The notes beneath the pieces are model-generated. The model saw only the letters and a program-made list of their open reading frames with translations. It had not been told where the DNA came from and did no database searches. A stretch of 64,000 nucleotides of DNA from Eledone cirrhosa (Eukaryota): the NCBI GenBank assembly GCA_964016885.1, contig OZ024742.1, positions 315,766,001-315,830,000 on the forward strand. Direction: 5' to 3'. Of this stretch, positions 41,605 through 56,292 are shown piece after piece. A program made the position numbers and the translations under genes. The number at the start of each line of letters is the position of its first letter. Position 1 is the stretch's first letter.

Positions 41605-41678
41605 GCTGTCTGATGATGTCACGACACTCGCACACAGAACAGTGTGGCCAGTGTCGTCATTGAAATATATATCACAGC
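41605..41678 (+). ncRNA. Type I hammerhead with intact core
   Basis: GCTGT-CTGATGA-tgtcACGACACT...AGTGTCGTcatt-GAAA-TATATA-TC-ACAGC. Confidence 0.85.
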
Positions 41679-41724
41679 CTTGTTATTAAAGGACTTGAAC
41701 AGCTGAAACTACTTCGCTTTTACT

Positions 41725-41765
<41 letters not shown>

Positions 41766-42078
41766 TATATATATATATATAATTCAGGCTGTTTGTTTGT
41801 TTACAAACAAACAAACCGAGCAATATAATAAATGTTCGGTAAACCGATACGTGCATATATATATGTGTGCATGTATGTATATATATATATATACTACTGT
41901 ACGTCTGTATACATATATGTATGTACGTATACATACATACATACTTACATTTAAGTAAGTGCCGTACTAAGAGTGAGAAATGAAATTTTGTTTCATTCTA
42001 TTCCATATATATATATATATATATAATATAGAAATGGTTTCTACAGGACTAGAACTATTTCATTTGGAGAAATCATCC

Positions 42079-42117
42079 CTGATGATTTCTCCCTAATGAA
42101 ACAGTTCTAGTCCTGTA
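42079..42117 (+). ncRNA. Hammerhead motif of the 39430 family, preceded by an inverted partial copy (42030-42077)
   Basis: CTGATGA-TTTCTCCCTAAT-GAAA-CAG..CTG-TA. Confidence 0.6.
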
Positions 42118-42207
42118 CAAGCCAGTACTATATTAAATATTTATACTCTCCTATGTATTGAGTACCTTACTTACTGTGATTAGCCCCGACTGGACCCAGG
42201 ATTAACT

Positions 42208-42382
<175 letters not shown>

Positions 42383-42729
42383 GTGTGTGTGCGTGTGTGG
42401 TGTATGTGTGCGTGTGTGTGTGTGCGTGTGTGTATATTTATTTTCAGCCACTTTATAACACAGTATGGTACGTTTTTGAAATTATCTTGTTTTATATGTA
42501 CGTGATCTGGTAACCCTGCTTTTAATGTTTGTGGCTACCGTACAGCACCGGCTCTACTGTATCCTACTCCATAAACACAAGGAGAAACTTATCTTATACT
42601 TGTCACGGTTTCTCGAACAGGCATAAATGAATGCTTTGCTTTTCCTGTTTTCCGCCTTCTAAATCCTCTTCCCCTTTCCTAATCTTAACTCCTTTTCTTC
42701 CACATTTTCACATTAGCTAGATTTTGCAT

Positions 42730-42794
<65 letters not shown>

Positions 42795-43454
42795 GATACA
42801 CACACACACACACACACACATACACAGACTCACACACACACACGCGCGCATACACACACACACACACACACACACACGCATGACATGAACGCAAAACCTT
42901 TCTTCCCCTTCAATTTTTTTTCCTATTCTGCCTGTCTTAACATGTTTGTGTAACTGTGTACACATATAATATGTATGTATGTATTTATGTATGTATGTTT
43001 ATGTATGTATGTATGTATGTATGTATGTATGTATGTATGTATGTATGTATGTTTATATATGTATGTATGTTTATGTATATATGTATGTATGTATGTATGT
43101 ATGTTTATGTATATACGTTTATAGACTTGTTTAATCCACTGCTATCTTTTAGCACCTCCTCGTTGTGATCATGTTTTAAATCTCTATACTATAACCGTTC
43201 ATTCACCTCTCTTCACTTCTTTATTCTAGCTGTTGACCCCCTACAAATATTCTTGTTCCCTCCTTACATTTTTCTATCCCTTATGTTATCGCTTATCTCT
43301 TGATTTGTATGTATGAATGAACCCGTAACTACTTGTGGAGTCAAGGGGTGCTGTAGTGATGTATGGTATTTCTTGAGCATTTAAAAAATAATGGTGGAGC
43401 CATGTCCTTCTCCAGTCACAATAAAAGAGAAAGTGAGAAAAATATATAGAAGAA

Positions 43455-44545
43455 GAATCGACTGGTACCTCTTTTTATATCAGCCCCGAAAAAGCCAAAG
43501 GTAAAGGTAACCTCGGCAGAATTCGAACTCAGGGCGCAAAGAGTCGGAACGAAAACCGCTAAGAATTTTAATGGTCGTTCTAACGACTCTGTCAAAATTT
43601 CGTCTGATCTCTTTATTTACCCGTGCATTATTTGAATGTATTATACATATCAGGGCAGTGGATTGGTAGTATCGGTAGAACGGCGTACAAACTAAGTTGC
43701 GATATTTAGTTACGACTTTCTGCGTTCCGAGTTCGAATCCCGTCGAAGTCAACTTTACATTTAATATTTCTGGTGTCGATAAATAAAGTACTGGAATCCA
43801 TTTACATGACTTTTTCGTCCCCCGAATTCATTAGTCTTAGAAATCATTGTAACATAGATATATGATGATAATGGTTTCTACTTTTGGCACAAGGCCAGCA
43901 ATTATCTAATTCATTACTGGTACTTTATTTTATCGACCACGTAAGGATGAAAGGCAAAGTTAATCTCGGCGGGATTTGAACTCAGAAATATCTGATGATA
44001 ATAATGATGGATCCTCCTCTATTTCGACGAGGAACATTCAGTTGTTCGATCAACTGAACGTCGAACTTATCATTAACGTGAAAGTGGTTGAGTATTTGAT
44101 AGACATGTGCTCCCTAATCTTCTTTCCTTAGTCGAATCAGCATGATAACATATGTGACAAAGTTGGACATTTGGATTACAGGTGCAATCCCCCCCGATGG
44201 ACTTCCATCGTCACAATTTTACTCACAAAAGCAAAGATCGACCTATGCATCGGGCAACTGCAAATTTTACATTTATCATTTATTTTCTGATGTCAAATTT
44301 TCGTGTCACTGTTTATCACTTGGTCACTGTGACTGTAAGTTACAGTGGAACTGTGTCAATGGTCAGGTAGCAAACGTGCGACAAAAATATTGATTTCTAC
44401 TATAGGCACAAGGCTAGCATTTGGAGAAAGAGGAGGAAGTCGATTACATCGAACCCAGGGCATTACTGGTGCTTTATTTTATCAACCCCGTAAGGATTAA
44501 AGGAAAAGTTAACCTCAGCGGGATTTGAATTCAGAACGTAAAGGG
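43455..44545. mobile_element. Cluster of four SINE copies (43455-43600 -, 43652-43800 +, 43870-43987 -, 44390-44545 -)
   Basis: B-box and Deu-type domain matches to 13743-13930. Confidence 0.75.
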
Positions 44546-44582
44546 TATTTAATATCCGAGCAACGCCGGGTACCTCTGCTAG

Positions 44583-45757
44583 TCTAATTTATATTTGTGA
44601 AATGGGTGGTGGTTGAAATTCAGTTGTGCACGGTTAAATGGTAGTAGACGTAGTCGGACGGACATGAAAATTTACACATCTATGTAAAAAGTGCCAAGGA
44701 AGCAAATAGACGAGGTTTCAAATCTCTAACTTGAAAAATGTGGTCCCTAGGGTCCCCAAACGATCTATTTACTATCGCTTCCGGTGAGTTATTTCCCCCT
44801 GTTCTAATACTTGGATGAGTTATTTTCCGTAGTCGCTTTCAATATTCATTGTCTTATTTACAATTTCATACACATTTTTAAACTCATCAATTTTTTCATA
44901 ACATATCAAACACAACGTTTTTTCGCTGTTAACATACAGTACCGTTTTATGAAATCGATTCTGCAGTACCATTTTACGAAATGCCAAACCGAAAACGATC
45001 AGTTTTCCACCAAAAGAAATAAAACCCTTAAATTGCGAAGAAGGGACGCGTATTTTTATTTTAATTCTAATACATGTTAACCACCACTAACTGTAAGTAG
45101 TATTTTTCAAAGTCAAATGAAAAGTTTAAAGAATACATGCATCCTTTGGTTGCCGAGTTAATTAATTCCAGTTGTTTTTTTTTAAATATTCATTGTCTTA
45201 TTTAAAATAACATATCAAAGACAACGTTATTTCGCTGTTAATAAACTGTTGCCTTCTACAGTACGTTTCATTTGCATTTTTCATTTACAGTTGCTCTATA
45301 TTAAATTTAAATACTTCTATAACGATCATACAGTATCGTTTTATGAAATCGATTCTGCAGTAGAATTTTACGAAATGCCAAACTGAAAAAGGTCACTGTT
45401 TTCTAACAAAAGAAATAAAACCCTTACATTGGGAACCCCCTGTTCTAATACTGGGGTTAGTTATTTCCCCCTCTTTTAATAAACGTCTAATATATAGAGG
45501 CCCCTCTTGCTGACCAGGGCAATCAAAGTGTAAACTATCATACAAACCTTCATAATATGCATTTTCAAACTTGCATATCATCGACATTGCTATTTCGCTG
45601 TTAATAAACAACGCTTTACACGTCGCTCTACTTCTCATTGTGCATATTTCTATCTTTTTCCCTGAAACTGCTTCTTTGTAATAAACTTTCAATAATATTT
45701 TTCAAATTATTAACTTAATAAAAAGTGGCCCTGGGTGCAACCGGGCTCAGCTGCTAG
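44583..45757 (+). mobile_element. Probable non-autonomous Helitron, preceded by another Helitron 3' end (44548-44582)
   Basis: 3' ends CCGAGCAACGCCGGGTACCTCTGCTAG|T and CCCTGGGTGCAACCGGGCTCAGCTGCTAG|T (hairpin + CTAG); internal duplication. Confidence 0.5.
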
Positions 45758-46642
45758 TATATAATATATGTAATTTGGATTCAACAGTGTTTGCTTGTTT
45801 ATGAATAACTAAACTGGCTATTTCACAAGAAATTGCTTTGGTTTCAACACATCGTCACACAGATTACATGACTCGCCAAACAAGCACAGCTTCGATAAAG
45901 GTAGATGTTATCCAACATAATTCATAATACAACCAGACTAGACAGCAACATCTCACATAAGAAATATAAAAACAAACTCAACTAAACAAGGAAATAAGAG
46001 AAAATATGTCATAGATAAGAAAACTGGCAATTATTTGTATCTAACACTCCTCCTCCTCCCCAAAGAGTAAAACACTAGAATCATTATCATCAGCAGCATT
46101 ACCACTACCACCACCGTCATCATCATCTTCATCATCATCATAATCATCATCATCAAGAACAACAATATTAGCAACGACGGCCAGAACATACATCCATTAA
46201 TGGAACAGTAAAAATATGTAAAACATTCCAAAAATGTTGCATCTAATAACTGCACATGTGCAGATACAAAGCATATACACATGCACACATACAACTCAAA
46301 ACATCTACATCCACACATACAATAACATCCATATCTACACATGCATGCATGCATACATAATCTACCTAGTTGAGAGAGTCTTGTGTCTATGTTAAAAACC
46401 GACTCTCTCTCTATTGGGAAAAAATTTGTGAAATTATAAAACCAGAAGAACATACATACATGCATACATACAGAAAACAAACAAACATACATACATGGTG
46501 CTATTAAGTTAGACATGGCCTGGGCCAATACTGGCCGAAACCAATCAAAGTTACATACATACATCATACATATATGAAAACATACATACATACTTACATA
46601 ATACTTACATACACACACACACATAATTCTTACACACAGACA

Positions 46643-46760
<118 letters not shown>

Positions 46761-47071
46761 TATATATATGTATGTGTGTGTGTATATATTTAAAAAAAAA
46801 CCGCGATAATATTGCTTTTTGCTGAACTTCTTATTGTAAAGTTTCTTTCGGAATGTTTTTGACTGTTGTTTCATGTAAACCAACATTCGTCTCATTCTGA
46901 CGTCACCAACCCTGTTTTTCCACATGTCCGTTTTATTTTCATAATCACGCATGATGTTAAACTAGCCTGCTTTTAAATTCCCTTTTTGGCATATTAATTA
47001 GTGAGAATTTGGCTATCGTGTTGAGCTCTGCTGAGGATCGGATTCCAGCCGTGACCATCTCCACTGAAAGT

Positions 47072-47290
47072 TTTCGTGAAATACTCTTTTCAAGACAATA
47101 CAGAGCATTTTTAGTTGTCCCAAATTGAAGGATGAGTATTTTAAACTTCATTTTATCATTAGTTAAGGCTCTATTGATTTTTCGTGAAATACTCTTTTCA
47201 AGACAATACAGAGCATTTTTAGTTGTCCCAAATTGAAGGATGAGTATTTTAAACTTCATTTTATCATTAGTTAAGGCTCTATTGATTTTT
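47072..47290. repeat. Exact tandem duplication of about 107 bp
   Basis: TTTTCGTGAAATACTC...GGCTCTATTGA twice. Confidence 0.9.
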
Positions 47291-47468
47291 CCCTGGATTT
47301 CACTAAATTTTGTTGGATAAATCTATATCCCGATTCCTTTTGAATTGAGTTTGAATTATTTTTCCCCACATCTTACATTAACTATTTTCCCATTTTGACG
47401 CTATAGTCACTTATATATTATGGAATACTGTTGGCTTCTTGCTACAATACTTTCTATACCTTTCATTG

Positions 47469-47499
<31 letters not shown>

Positions 47500-47591
47500 G
47501 AAGGAAGTGTGGTAAGGAACCAGGTGGACCATAACGCACCAGAGTACTCAATACTTAGGGTAGTAGAGTGGGTAATAGGAAATTGTTCAAG

Positions 47592-47685
47592 ACCCCGACG
47601 GCAGAGCTTAAGTCGTTTCGACGGATATTTCTGGACTAAATTAGATTTTTAGCGTGGTAATAAATAGCCAAACTTTTCAAGGGGT
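47592..47685 (-). ncRNA. U3A8 hammerhead with long stems II and III
   Basis: ACCCC-TTGAAAA-gtttGGCTATTT..AAATA(T/G)CCgtc-GAAA-CG(A/G)C..GCCG-TC-GGGGT; cleaner 3' half at about 16445-16472. Confidence 0.6.
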
Positions 47686-48173
47686 AATTCCTATATGGGA
47701 AGGTTGTAGTTGTCAAAAGGACTGGTCAAAATTTCTTGTTAATACAATTAAATCTTTCGTCGTGGGGGTGACTGAACTTGCCTGTAGAACAATGAGGGAG
47801 TGGGTGGAGCCAGTCAAGCGTTGAAAGTGAGATCTATACAGCAAATTCTAAGGAGTGTGGATGAAATTAGGCTAGCTAAAAAGCAGGCGAAAAAAGAATT
47901 CTGGAGGAATCTGAGATGGGAAGTTATAAAAATTAAAAAGTTAAATTGAAATTGAAAAGTTAAAAAATAATAAATACAAATAATATTAAAAAATTAAATA
48001 ATAAAAAATAATAAAAAAAACTAGAGTCTAAAACAGCTGCTATATTTTACCACGCTAAAAATCTAATTTAGTCCAGAAATAGCCGTCGAAACGGCTTGAA
48101 ATAGCCGTCGAAACGGCTTGAAATAGCCGTCGGGAGTCTTGAACAATATCCTATATATATATATATATATAAA

Positions 48174-48871
48174 TCGTTAGCTTAGCCGCAGCCTAAAGCT
48201 TAGTTAATGCTGTACTAAAATTTGTATTTTAACTCCTAGAATTAACGATTAACTGATTAATTTAATTAGACAATTGATTGATTAATTGTTTATGTTATGT
48301 TTGTTTGATAACTTCTGGTTGAGTGCTTAATTCGGTTTGTCTCAGGGAATTTCATTCCTTTGTCTCAAATTTCGAATTCACCGCCAAAACGGAGGTTACC
48401 TCCCTTGGAGAAAACCACGTGTCGATAGCGAAATTTACTGCTAGAAAACACCCACTGAGTCAATAGAACGCAAGACTTGTTGACGAAGTAAATCCTTTGT
48501 TCTGTCGTCAAAGGCCATTAACTTGCAGACCCCTGTAAGCGGAATTAGTCGATCTCGGATTTACAGAAACCTAGCGTGGATGTTGTATGTTATATGTGAT
48601 GTATATCGTATGCTATACCATATGCATTATGTATTGCATTCGGTCTCCGCGTGATGGTCCAGGTCAGTCAAAAATCTTTTCCTGAGTCCAGTCATTTTCG
48701 TTGCCATGGCAATGCGGCTGGACTGCCGATCGCTATATTTAATTTGCAAAGCTGTCTAATCGTATTGTTATTACTCTGGGGTATTATTCTCCATCGAGTG
48801 CTAAAGCTACATTCCGAATTTGCATTCGTTAGCTTTGCCGCAGCCTAAGGCTTCGTTAATGCTGTACTAAA

Positions 48872-48875
<4 letters not shown>
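48174..48875. mobile_element. (TA)n-flanked non-coding element, 652-bp period with about 50-bp terminal repeat; 3' part also at 40915-41120
   Basis: 48174-48223 repeated at 48826-48875. Confidence 0.65.
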
Positions 48876-48941
<66 letters not shown>

Positions 48942-49066
48942 TGTGTGTATGTATATATATACATATATATTCACATGTATATACACTTTCATTACCTGTA
49001 CAGGCAATATTTTATAGAATGCAATTGAAGTATGTATACAATTTTTGGGACACCCTGTATATATAT

Positions 49067-49138
<72 letters not shown>

Positions 49139-49325
49139 CGCCTCGTTGACACACACAAACACCCACACACACATATACATATATATATTGCCTCGTTGAC
49201 ACACACACACATGCACAGATATATATCGCCTCGTTGACACACACACATATATATATATATATCGCATCGTTGACAGAGACACATACACACATACACACAC
49301 ATATAAATACATATATACGTATATA

Positions 49326-49382
<57 letters not shown>

Positions 49383-50032
49383 ATATCTCGTCTCGTTGAT
49401 CTATCTCAACCATTTTTCCATGTTAATCTTTTCATCTGATTGTAATCCTCTGCCGTCTAAACGTTTCTGTTCTGTCTGCAACTTAATGACGTATTACTGT
49501 TCTTTTGACCTTGCTAGTTTGTTTATGTTCTAATTTGTTGTTGTTGGTGTTGGTGTGTTATGTTTTCGTGCGTTTGTTATATTTGTTTGTTTTGCTCTAT
49601 ATTATCTTCATTGAAAATGCTTTCTTTCATATTAATAAACCAAACAAAACAATTCGTGAATGAACAAATCATTGAATATAAAAGAGGACCTATGAGGTGG
49701 CCGATTTCAATGAAGAATTTAAATAAAATAATGGAAGTATTCAATCATGCAATTAATTTCTGTAACAACAACAAAAACAAAGTGCTACAAGAGTACATAA
49801 CATCTAATTAAAAGATATTCCATTACTTAAGGTTAGACTGAGAAAAGCTGGTGTGACGCATATGTACAACGAGCATATATATATATATATAGTAATAATA
49901 ATAAATGTGAAGACTAAAATCCATATATATATATATATATGTTATTAGTACAGATTAAAAGTTTAAGCAAAAAATGTCTGCTTTCACACAAAGCGTGATG
50001 ATATATATATGTGTGTGTATGTGTGCGTGTGC

Positions 50033-50071
<39 letters not shown>

Positions 50072-50341
50072 TGTGATGTGTGTGTAAGAATGGGAAGTAT
50101 TTAATAATAAACTCTACAATTACAATTTCCACTAAAATAACGCAAATATTTACTTTTGAGCGCCTAATCTTTAACAGAATATCACCTGCAGTTGACGATC
50201 ATCTTTTCACCGAGCAAGTATTATTTACATCTGCCAAATCAACAAAACCCTGTGTACTCAACCAAACTCATGTATTTCGATGACGGTTTTGTGATAGGGG
50301 GAATTAACCAGTGTAGTCCTTGATAATTCATCTGCAACATG

Positions 50342-50394
50342 TTACACATTTCACTCTGGAGATTACATTGTAATCTCCAGAGTGAAATGTGTAA
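50342..50394. repeat. Near-perfect short palindrome
   Basis: TTACACATTTCACTCTGGAGATTACA tt GTAATCTCCAGAGTGAAATGTGTAA. Confidence 0.85.
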
Positions 50395-50681
50395 TTTACA
50401 AAGGCTATCCGGCTTAAAAAGGGATTGAAAATATATTAGAAAACGATATGTAATTTGTAGAGTTGGGATTTTAAATATCTACACGAATAATAAACCATGA
50501 AATGTTGACATGCACTAATTTGTCTACGCTGATCTTTAAGATATAGTATTCTCAGTTATACAGTAACGCCAGACAAACTGAATCGAGAAGTTGACACCAT
50601 ATAATTAAAAAAAAATAACAATGAACTCATTCATCTAAGACAAATACTTTCCTTCCATCTAATAAACCATGAAGCAAAACG

Positions 50682-50732
<51 letters not shown>

Positions 50733-50840
50733 TTAATTCAGTATTTCCGACAATTGTTTTACCTTAGTCGGATCATCAGCTCGGTTTAAATGAAATTGTA
50801 CGGAAAAAGAAAAGCAGTTAATTGTACAATCTCATTTAAA

Positions 50841-50881
50841 CTGAGCTGATGATCCGACAAAGGTGAAACAATTGTTCTCGG
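50841..50881 (+). ncRNA. Minimal type I hammerhead (degenerate mirror copy about 50746-50784 on -)
   Basis: CTGAG-CTGATGA-TCCGACAAAGGT-GAAA-CAATTG-TT-CTCGG. Confidence 0.75.
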
Positions 50882-51017
50882 AAATGGTGAATTAACTGTT
50901 GTGGAACTATTTCTACCAAACTCATCCAATGGACTGAGTGCTCTACTACTACAGATATAATCCACCAGGGTTCTACTATATATATATATATATATATCGG
51001 CAGAAGCGAAGGGATAT

Positions 51018-51062
51018 GTAATCTTGACAACCGTTAACGAGCGAGAAACGGCCGCCGATTAC
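51018..51062 (+). ncRNA. U3A8 hammerhead (U16.1C)
   Basis: GTAATC-TTGACAA-...-GAAA-CGGCCG-CC-GATTAC. Confidence 0.65.
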
Positions 51063-51185
51063 TTCTCTTTGTTATTGCCAAGACCAAGTAAGTGACGAAG
51101 TCACTACTTTAAAACTCATAGCAAATGGTCTTCAAAATGTTTTAAAATAAACATACAGTATATTATCAAATATACTATACGTACA

Positions 51186-51358
<173 letters not shown>

Positions 51359-51724
51359 CACACACAGGCAGTGGGTGGGTTAAAAGTTTCGCTCCACAAT
51401 AATAAGACCCCGGATTTGATAGTACTGAGTGGCATCTTGGGCGAGTTTCTTTACTATAGCCTCGGGCTGATCGAACAACTGAATACTCATCGACGAAACC
51501 GACGAAGGATTCATCAACATTAAATACTCATATATATGTGTATTGTTTGTTGCAGTGTGTCTACATTCCTACGTTCCATAGCAATAGCGAATAGACGACA
51601 TGAGATAATAAGACAAAACCCTCAGCGATAGGTTAGTCTCTAATCTAATGGAATTTATACCTCCTACACATTTCGCTTGACTGTATAGTACTCTCGAGCC
51701 CATTTTGTATAGTTAATGATAATA

Positions 51725-51930
51725 AATTAGGCACCAGGCAGCAATTTGTGGGGAATGGAATGTCAATTATATTGACTCCAGTACTTGGCTGGTATTTTAT
51801 TTTATTGATCCCGGAAAGATGAATGGAAAAATTGATCTCGGCGAGATTTGATCCCAGAAAATAAAAAAGCCGAAACAAATACTGCTAAATATTTTCCCGA
51901 CGTTACAACGTCTCTGTCAATCCACCGCCC
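51725..51930 (-). mobile_element. Degenerate SINE copy (others at about 14080-14225, 53905-53970, 63700-63880)
   Basis: Deu-type domain similarity. Confidence 0.65.
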
Positions 51931-52404
51931 TTCGTATCATGACTGGTAATGCTAAATATTTTGTACTTATGAGAGAGTTTTAGTGTCCATGTTTTAGGAA
52001 GTGATATAATCTACAAATAACATAAAGGTGTATACGATGCCGTATAAAATGTGTTTATGGATAATTAACATATATATATATATATATATATATAGTTTCG
52101 ATGCGAGTGTTTTAAGCAGTTATCATATCATATTAAAACCCTCTCAGTATCGGTGCAAGATTGCTGTAAACCTGTATTTCAGAACCGTTATTCATCTTCT
52201 GCAGACGCTTACTTCCTCCAAGATACCGAGAGATAAAAGACTTGAAATTCTTATAGATTTTGTAAATAAATTATTTTGGTGGAAATTTTATTTTCATATA
52301 GTGTAAAACTGACTGATTACTATTAATTACCAATAGCACTAACACAGCGTAATTCAGAAAAATGCGTATATTGACTCATATACATTATGTTTATGCATAA
52401 TAAG

Positions 52405-52580
52405 CATGAGTAGTTAAGAGTATTTTAAGTTGTGATCATATGGGTATTTTATGAGTATTTAAGAGTATTTTAAGTTGTGATCATAAGGGTATTTTATGAG
52501 TATTTTAAGTAATGATCATATGTGTGTTTTATGAGTATTTTAAATAATGTTCATATGAGTATTTTAATTTGTGATCATAT
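52405..52580. repeat. Degenerate minisatellite of about 35 bp
   Basis: Repeated GAGTATTTTAAGTTGTGATCATATGGGTATTTTAT. Confidence 0.7.
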
Positions 52581-54666
52581 CAAAATTACAGCACAGCTCA
52601 GTACTAACACACTGTGTCAGTACTGTCACTAATAGACAACCAGGTCTATTCTTTCGTACTTCGTTTTCTTTAAAAAAATAACTAAAAGAGAAAATTAACC
52701 AGGAGGAAGTAGTGCTTATGACCTTCGCATGCCCTCCAAAACCAGTAAGAATGATATGTCTGATATTCAGTTTGAATAGGAAGGATTGGAAAAAATGGTT
52801 AGTGTAGAGTATGTGTATGTTGAGGGAGGGGGAGATACACTAGTGGTGATTTTTATATCTTCTGGCAAATGCTGCTAAGTACATTGACCCGTTCTGATCC
52901 TATATATTTTTTTTTTTTTTTAGTTCTACTGAAATATAATCCTGATAGTTTCTCTTCTTCTCTGAAAGAAACTGCTAGCGTCCTCGTATTATTCTGTTTT
53001 AATTTATCACATAAACTGTCAGTATAAAGTGATGTTTTACGGCATTTAGCCCTTCCATTCTAAGATTATTACTAACCATCCCCTTTGGTGTTTATTTACA
53101 GCTAGCTTGACACCACCGTTGAAATTCTTAATGGAGTTTCTATCAATACCTGCTCCCTCCCAGTATATCTATCTCTCATTTAATAGAGAGAAACTATACA
53201 ATGAAAGAAATAGAGAGAAGAAAGAAGTTCGAAGAGAAACTAAGAAGAAAAGAGAAGGGAGGAGGTGGAGGAAGAAAGATGTATGAATGTAAGCGTGTAT
53301 ATGCATAAGAAACTCTGAGAAAACGGAAATATTCATAGACTCTTTAATTAATTTCTTACAAATTTAATCAGTATTATATTTAACCAGTTTCCTGTATGGG
53401 TTCATGAAAGCTATAGTTTTCCTCAGCACTTCCTTATGTCCATGATACACCCGATCATCTTCTCTTTAGTACATACAAAGGTGTGTACTTAGAAGGAAGT
53501 GAAATATTTAAAACAGATAAAAGAAAAGCAAATATTTAAAGGTCTCATCTAAGTTATGAGGTTCACAAGCGTTTTGGAAAGCTGACGCCTATTTAAAAGT
53601 TTATACGCGCCTGACACATCCATTACAATGATGACACATCATATACTGCGTTGGTTGAAAGGGGTGATTTTGGTAATAGTGAGAATTGTGTTGTAGTGAA
53701 ATTAGTAATGACAAATTACATTTTCTATGGTTTTCACATGTACCCAAATTCATTCATGTTGGGTGTTTCTCTGGTGAAATCGTTTCTTCTTTCATTACCA
53801 TTTGACGTAGAGTAAGTACTTAAGATTTTATATATGTAGTGATCATATCATATCGTGGGAAATGAATGGTCCGGAAATGTTTTGAGCACGGGAATATTTA
53901 AAAGTGCAAATCCCACCAAGGTCAACTTTGCCTTTCATCCTTTCAGGGCCAATAAAATAAAGTACCAGGCCAGGCCAGACCAGGGCACTAGATTGGTGGA
54001 ACTTTTAGGGCATTGGGTAGCAAGCGTTGCGGAATTTGTTCCGGCTATTTGTGCTATCAGATTTTAGGTGGTAGATTTAATCTGCCACCCGATTTAAGGC
54101 CACGATCTCGTCCTTGGATGTTTTTTTTGTGGAGATCACTTTGTTACAAATATTTGGGTCAGTTCTCCGGATAACTTCTTCCTTTCCTTCGACCAGCCTC
54201 AGAGGTTTTGAATAAGTTGACGAGGTGGTAAAAGAAGTTTACAAACTAAAATAGAAATGTTACTGAAAGAGCCTCAACGCTCTGGCACGACGTCTATAAA
54301 TAACTGCCAAATCTTTCTCAAATCATACCCTGCTGTCATAAAATAGATGGGTGCATTACATAGCACCATTCAGGATGTACACTGATGAAAGGATGGGATG
54401 GTCGTGGTTGGAACACCGTTTGATCATGCGCCTGTTCGATCAGGGTTGACCTTTGTTTAAACAGATTTGACTTGCGAAACATTCAAATGTTTAAGGAAGT
54501 CATCTTTCTTCTGATCTTTACTGATGATAAAGTAAAATATAATAATAATAATAATTTCAGAAATAATACAAGAGTCATTTAATCATCATCAATTAATACT
54601 TCAAGAAAATATAAATAATTCAATTTGTGAGGAAGGAAAGGAGCAACGTAATTGTTCATAAAACTG

Positions 54667-54745
<79 letters not shown>

Positions 54746-54748
<3 letters not shown>

Positions 54749-55411
54749 ATAAAAAAGATGAGAAGAAAGAGGAATACTGCGTGGTTGCACATGGGTTACA
54801 TATTATAAAATTAGTCCCTCGTCAGTGATTTGCCAACCATCATTGGTATTCATCACATTAAAAATCATATACCTCAGGTTGGTGCGAGCAATAACTAAAA
54901 AAAACTATTGGGACAAGTGAATCGCGTAAAGCGAGTGAGACAAGTAAACAACATAGAAGGATAAAAGCAAACCGAAGATAGGAAAAAAACAATCAACATG
55001 GTTGTCTGGTCAGCATAAGCTGGGTGGATTTCATGAGCGATCAAAATACAGACCGTCCGACGTGAGTGAGATGTGAGCAAGAAAGTACCCACTACTAACC
55101 AAACGGGAGGAAGTGAGAAGGGGAGAAACAGAGAGTGAGTGAGTGGAAGTGCGAGGAAGAGGTCAGTCGAGAGAAAGTGTAACTGACAGAGGGGGCGAAA
55201 GAAGGTGAGAGAAACAGAGAGAACGGGGTAGCAGTAAGAGAGAAAGAGAGAAACAGACAAACACAGCCGAGGTAAATATGTATAAAAAAGATGAGAAGAA
55301 AGAGGAATACTGCTTGGTTGCACATGGGTTACATATTATAAAATTAGTCCCACGTCAGTGATTTGCCAACCATCATTGGTATTTCATCGCATTAAAAATC
55401 ATATACCTCAG
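54746..55411. mobile_element. Small non-coding element with about 132-bp terminal direct repeats (TG...CA), TRIM/LTR-like or circularly permuted
   Basis: 54746-54877 repeated at 55279-55411; TA repeats on both sides. Confidence 0.6.
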
Positions 55412-55583
55412 CTATATATAAGGATTGGTGCTCTGAAATAGCGATGTATACATGAATGTATGTATAGTATATTTGGCAATATACCGTATGTTTAATTAAA
55501 AAACATTTTGAAGACCTTGCGCTATCATTTTAAAGTAGTGACTATGTCACTTACTTCTTTTTTCGGCAAAGGAAGGGACAGAA

Positions 55584-55624
55584 GCTGACAGATTCTGTTT
55601 CACACTGTTGGTGTTCCTCAGAGC
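55584..55624 (-). ncRNA. Type I hammerhead with intact core inside a long enclosing stem
   Basis: GCT-CTGAGGA-ACAC caaca GTGT-GAAA-CAGAATCTG-TC-AGC; closed by TTTTCGGCAGAGGCAGGGA / TCCCTTCCTTTGCCGAAAA. Confidence 0.8.
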
Positions 55625-55694
55625 AACGTACTCCCTGCCTCTGCCGAAAATTATAGAGGCTGGATTCTTATAGAATTCCAGTAATAACCAGCAA

Positions 55695-55743
<49 letters not shown>

Positions 55744-56212
55744 CATATTAAATTTAAGTGAAAAAAACTATTTATGGGAGTATAAACCAGACAGACACGC
55801 CTCCAAAATTTAGTCAGTCTCACTTATATATCGGTCTCCCATATGTATATATATATATACATACATATAATTATATAATTATATTTTCAATGTATAATTT
55901 TATCTATAATTTTGAATCAATTTTACGGTGGAATGCGTTGATGAAATATGTTTTCTATTTGAGAAACTGGTTTAAAAGAGTTCTATCTTATATTTGGCTT
56001 TTATTGTAAGAGTGTATATTTTGCCAATGGCGTCGTTTCTATTTGAGAAATACTGAAATCATCCTGAAATCCTTTAAGTGTGGTAACAATATATTTATAA
56101 AGGCGATGTCTATTAGACAGTGCACATTTTAAATTCCCCTTTCTGCCCCAACGGTGATGGTGTATAAATTGTCAGATACTTATAGAATTTTTGACGCACA
56201 AATTTTCCTAGC

Positions 56213-56247
56213 TACAGTAGTAGTAGTTGTAGTAGTAGTAGTAGAAA

Positions 56248-56292
<45 letters not shown>

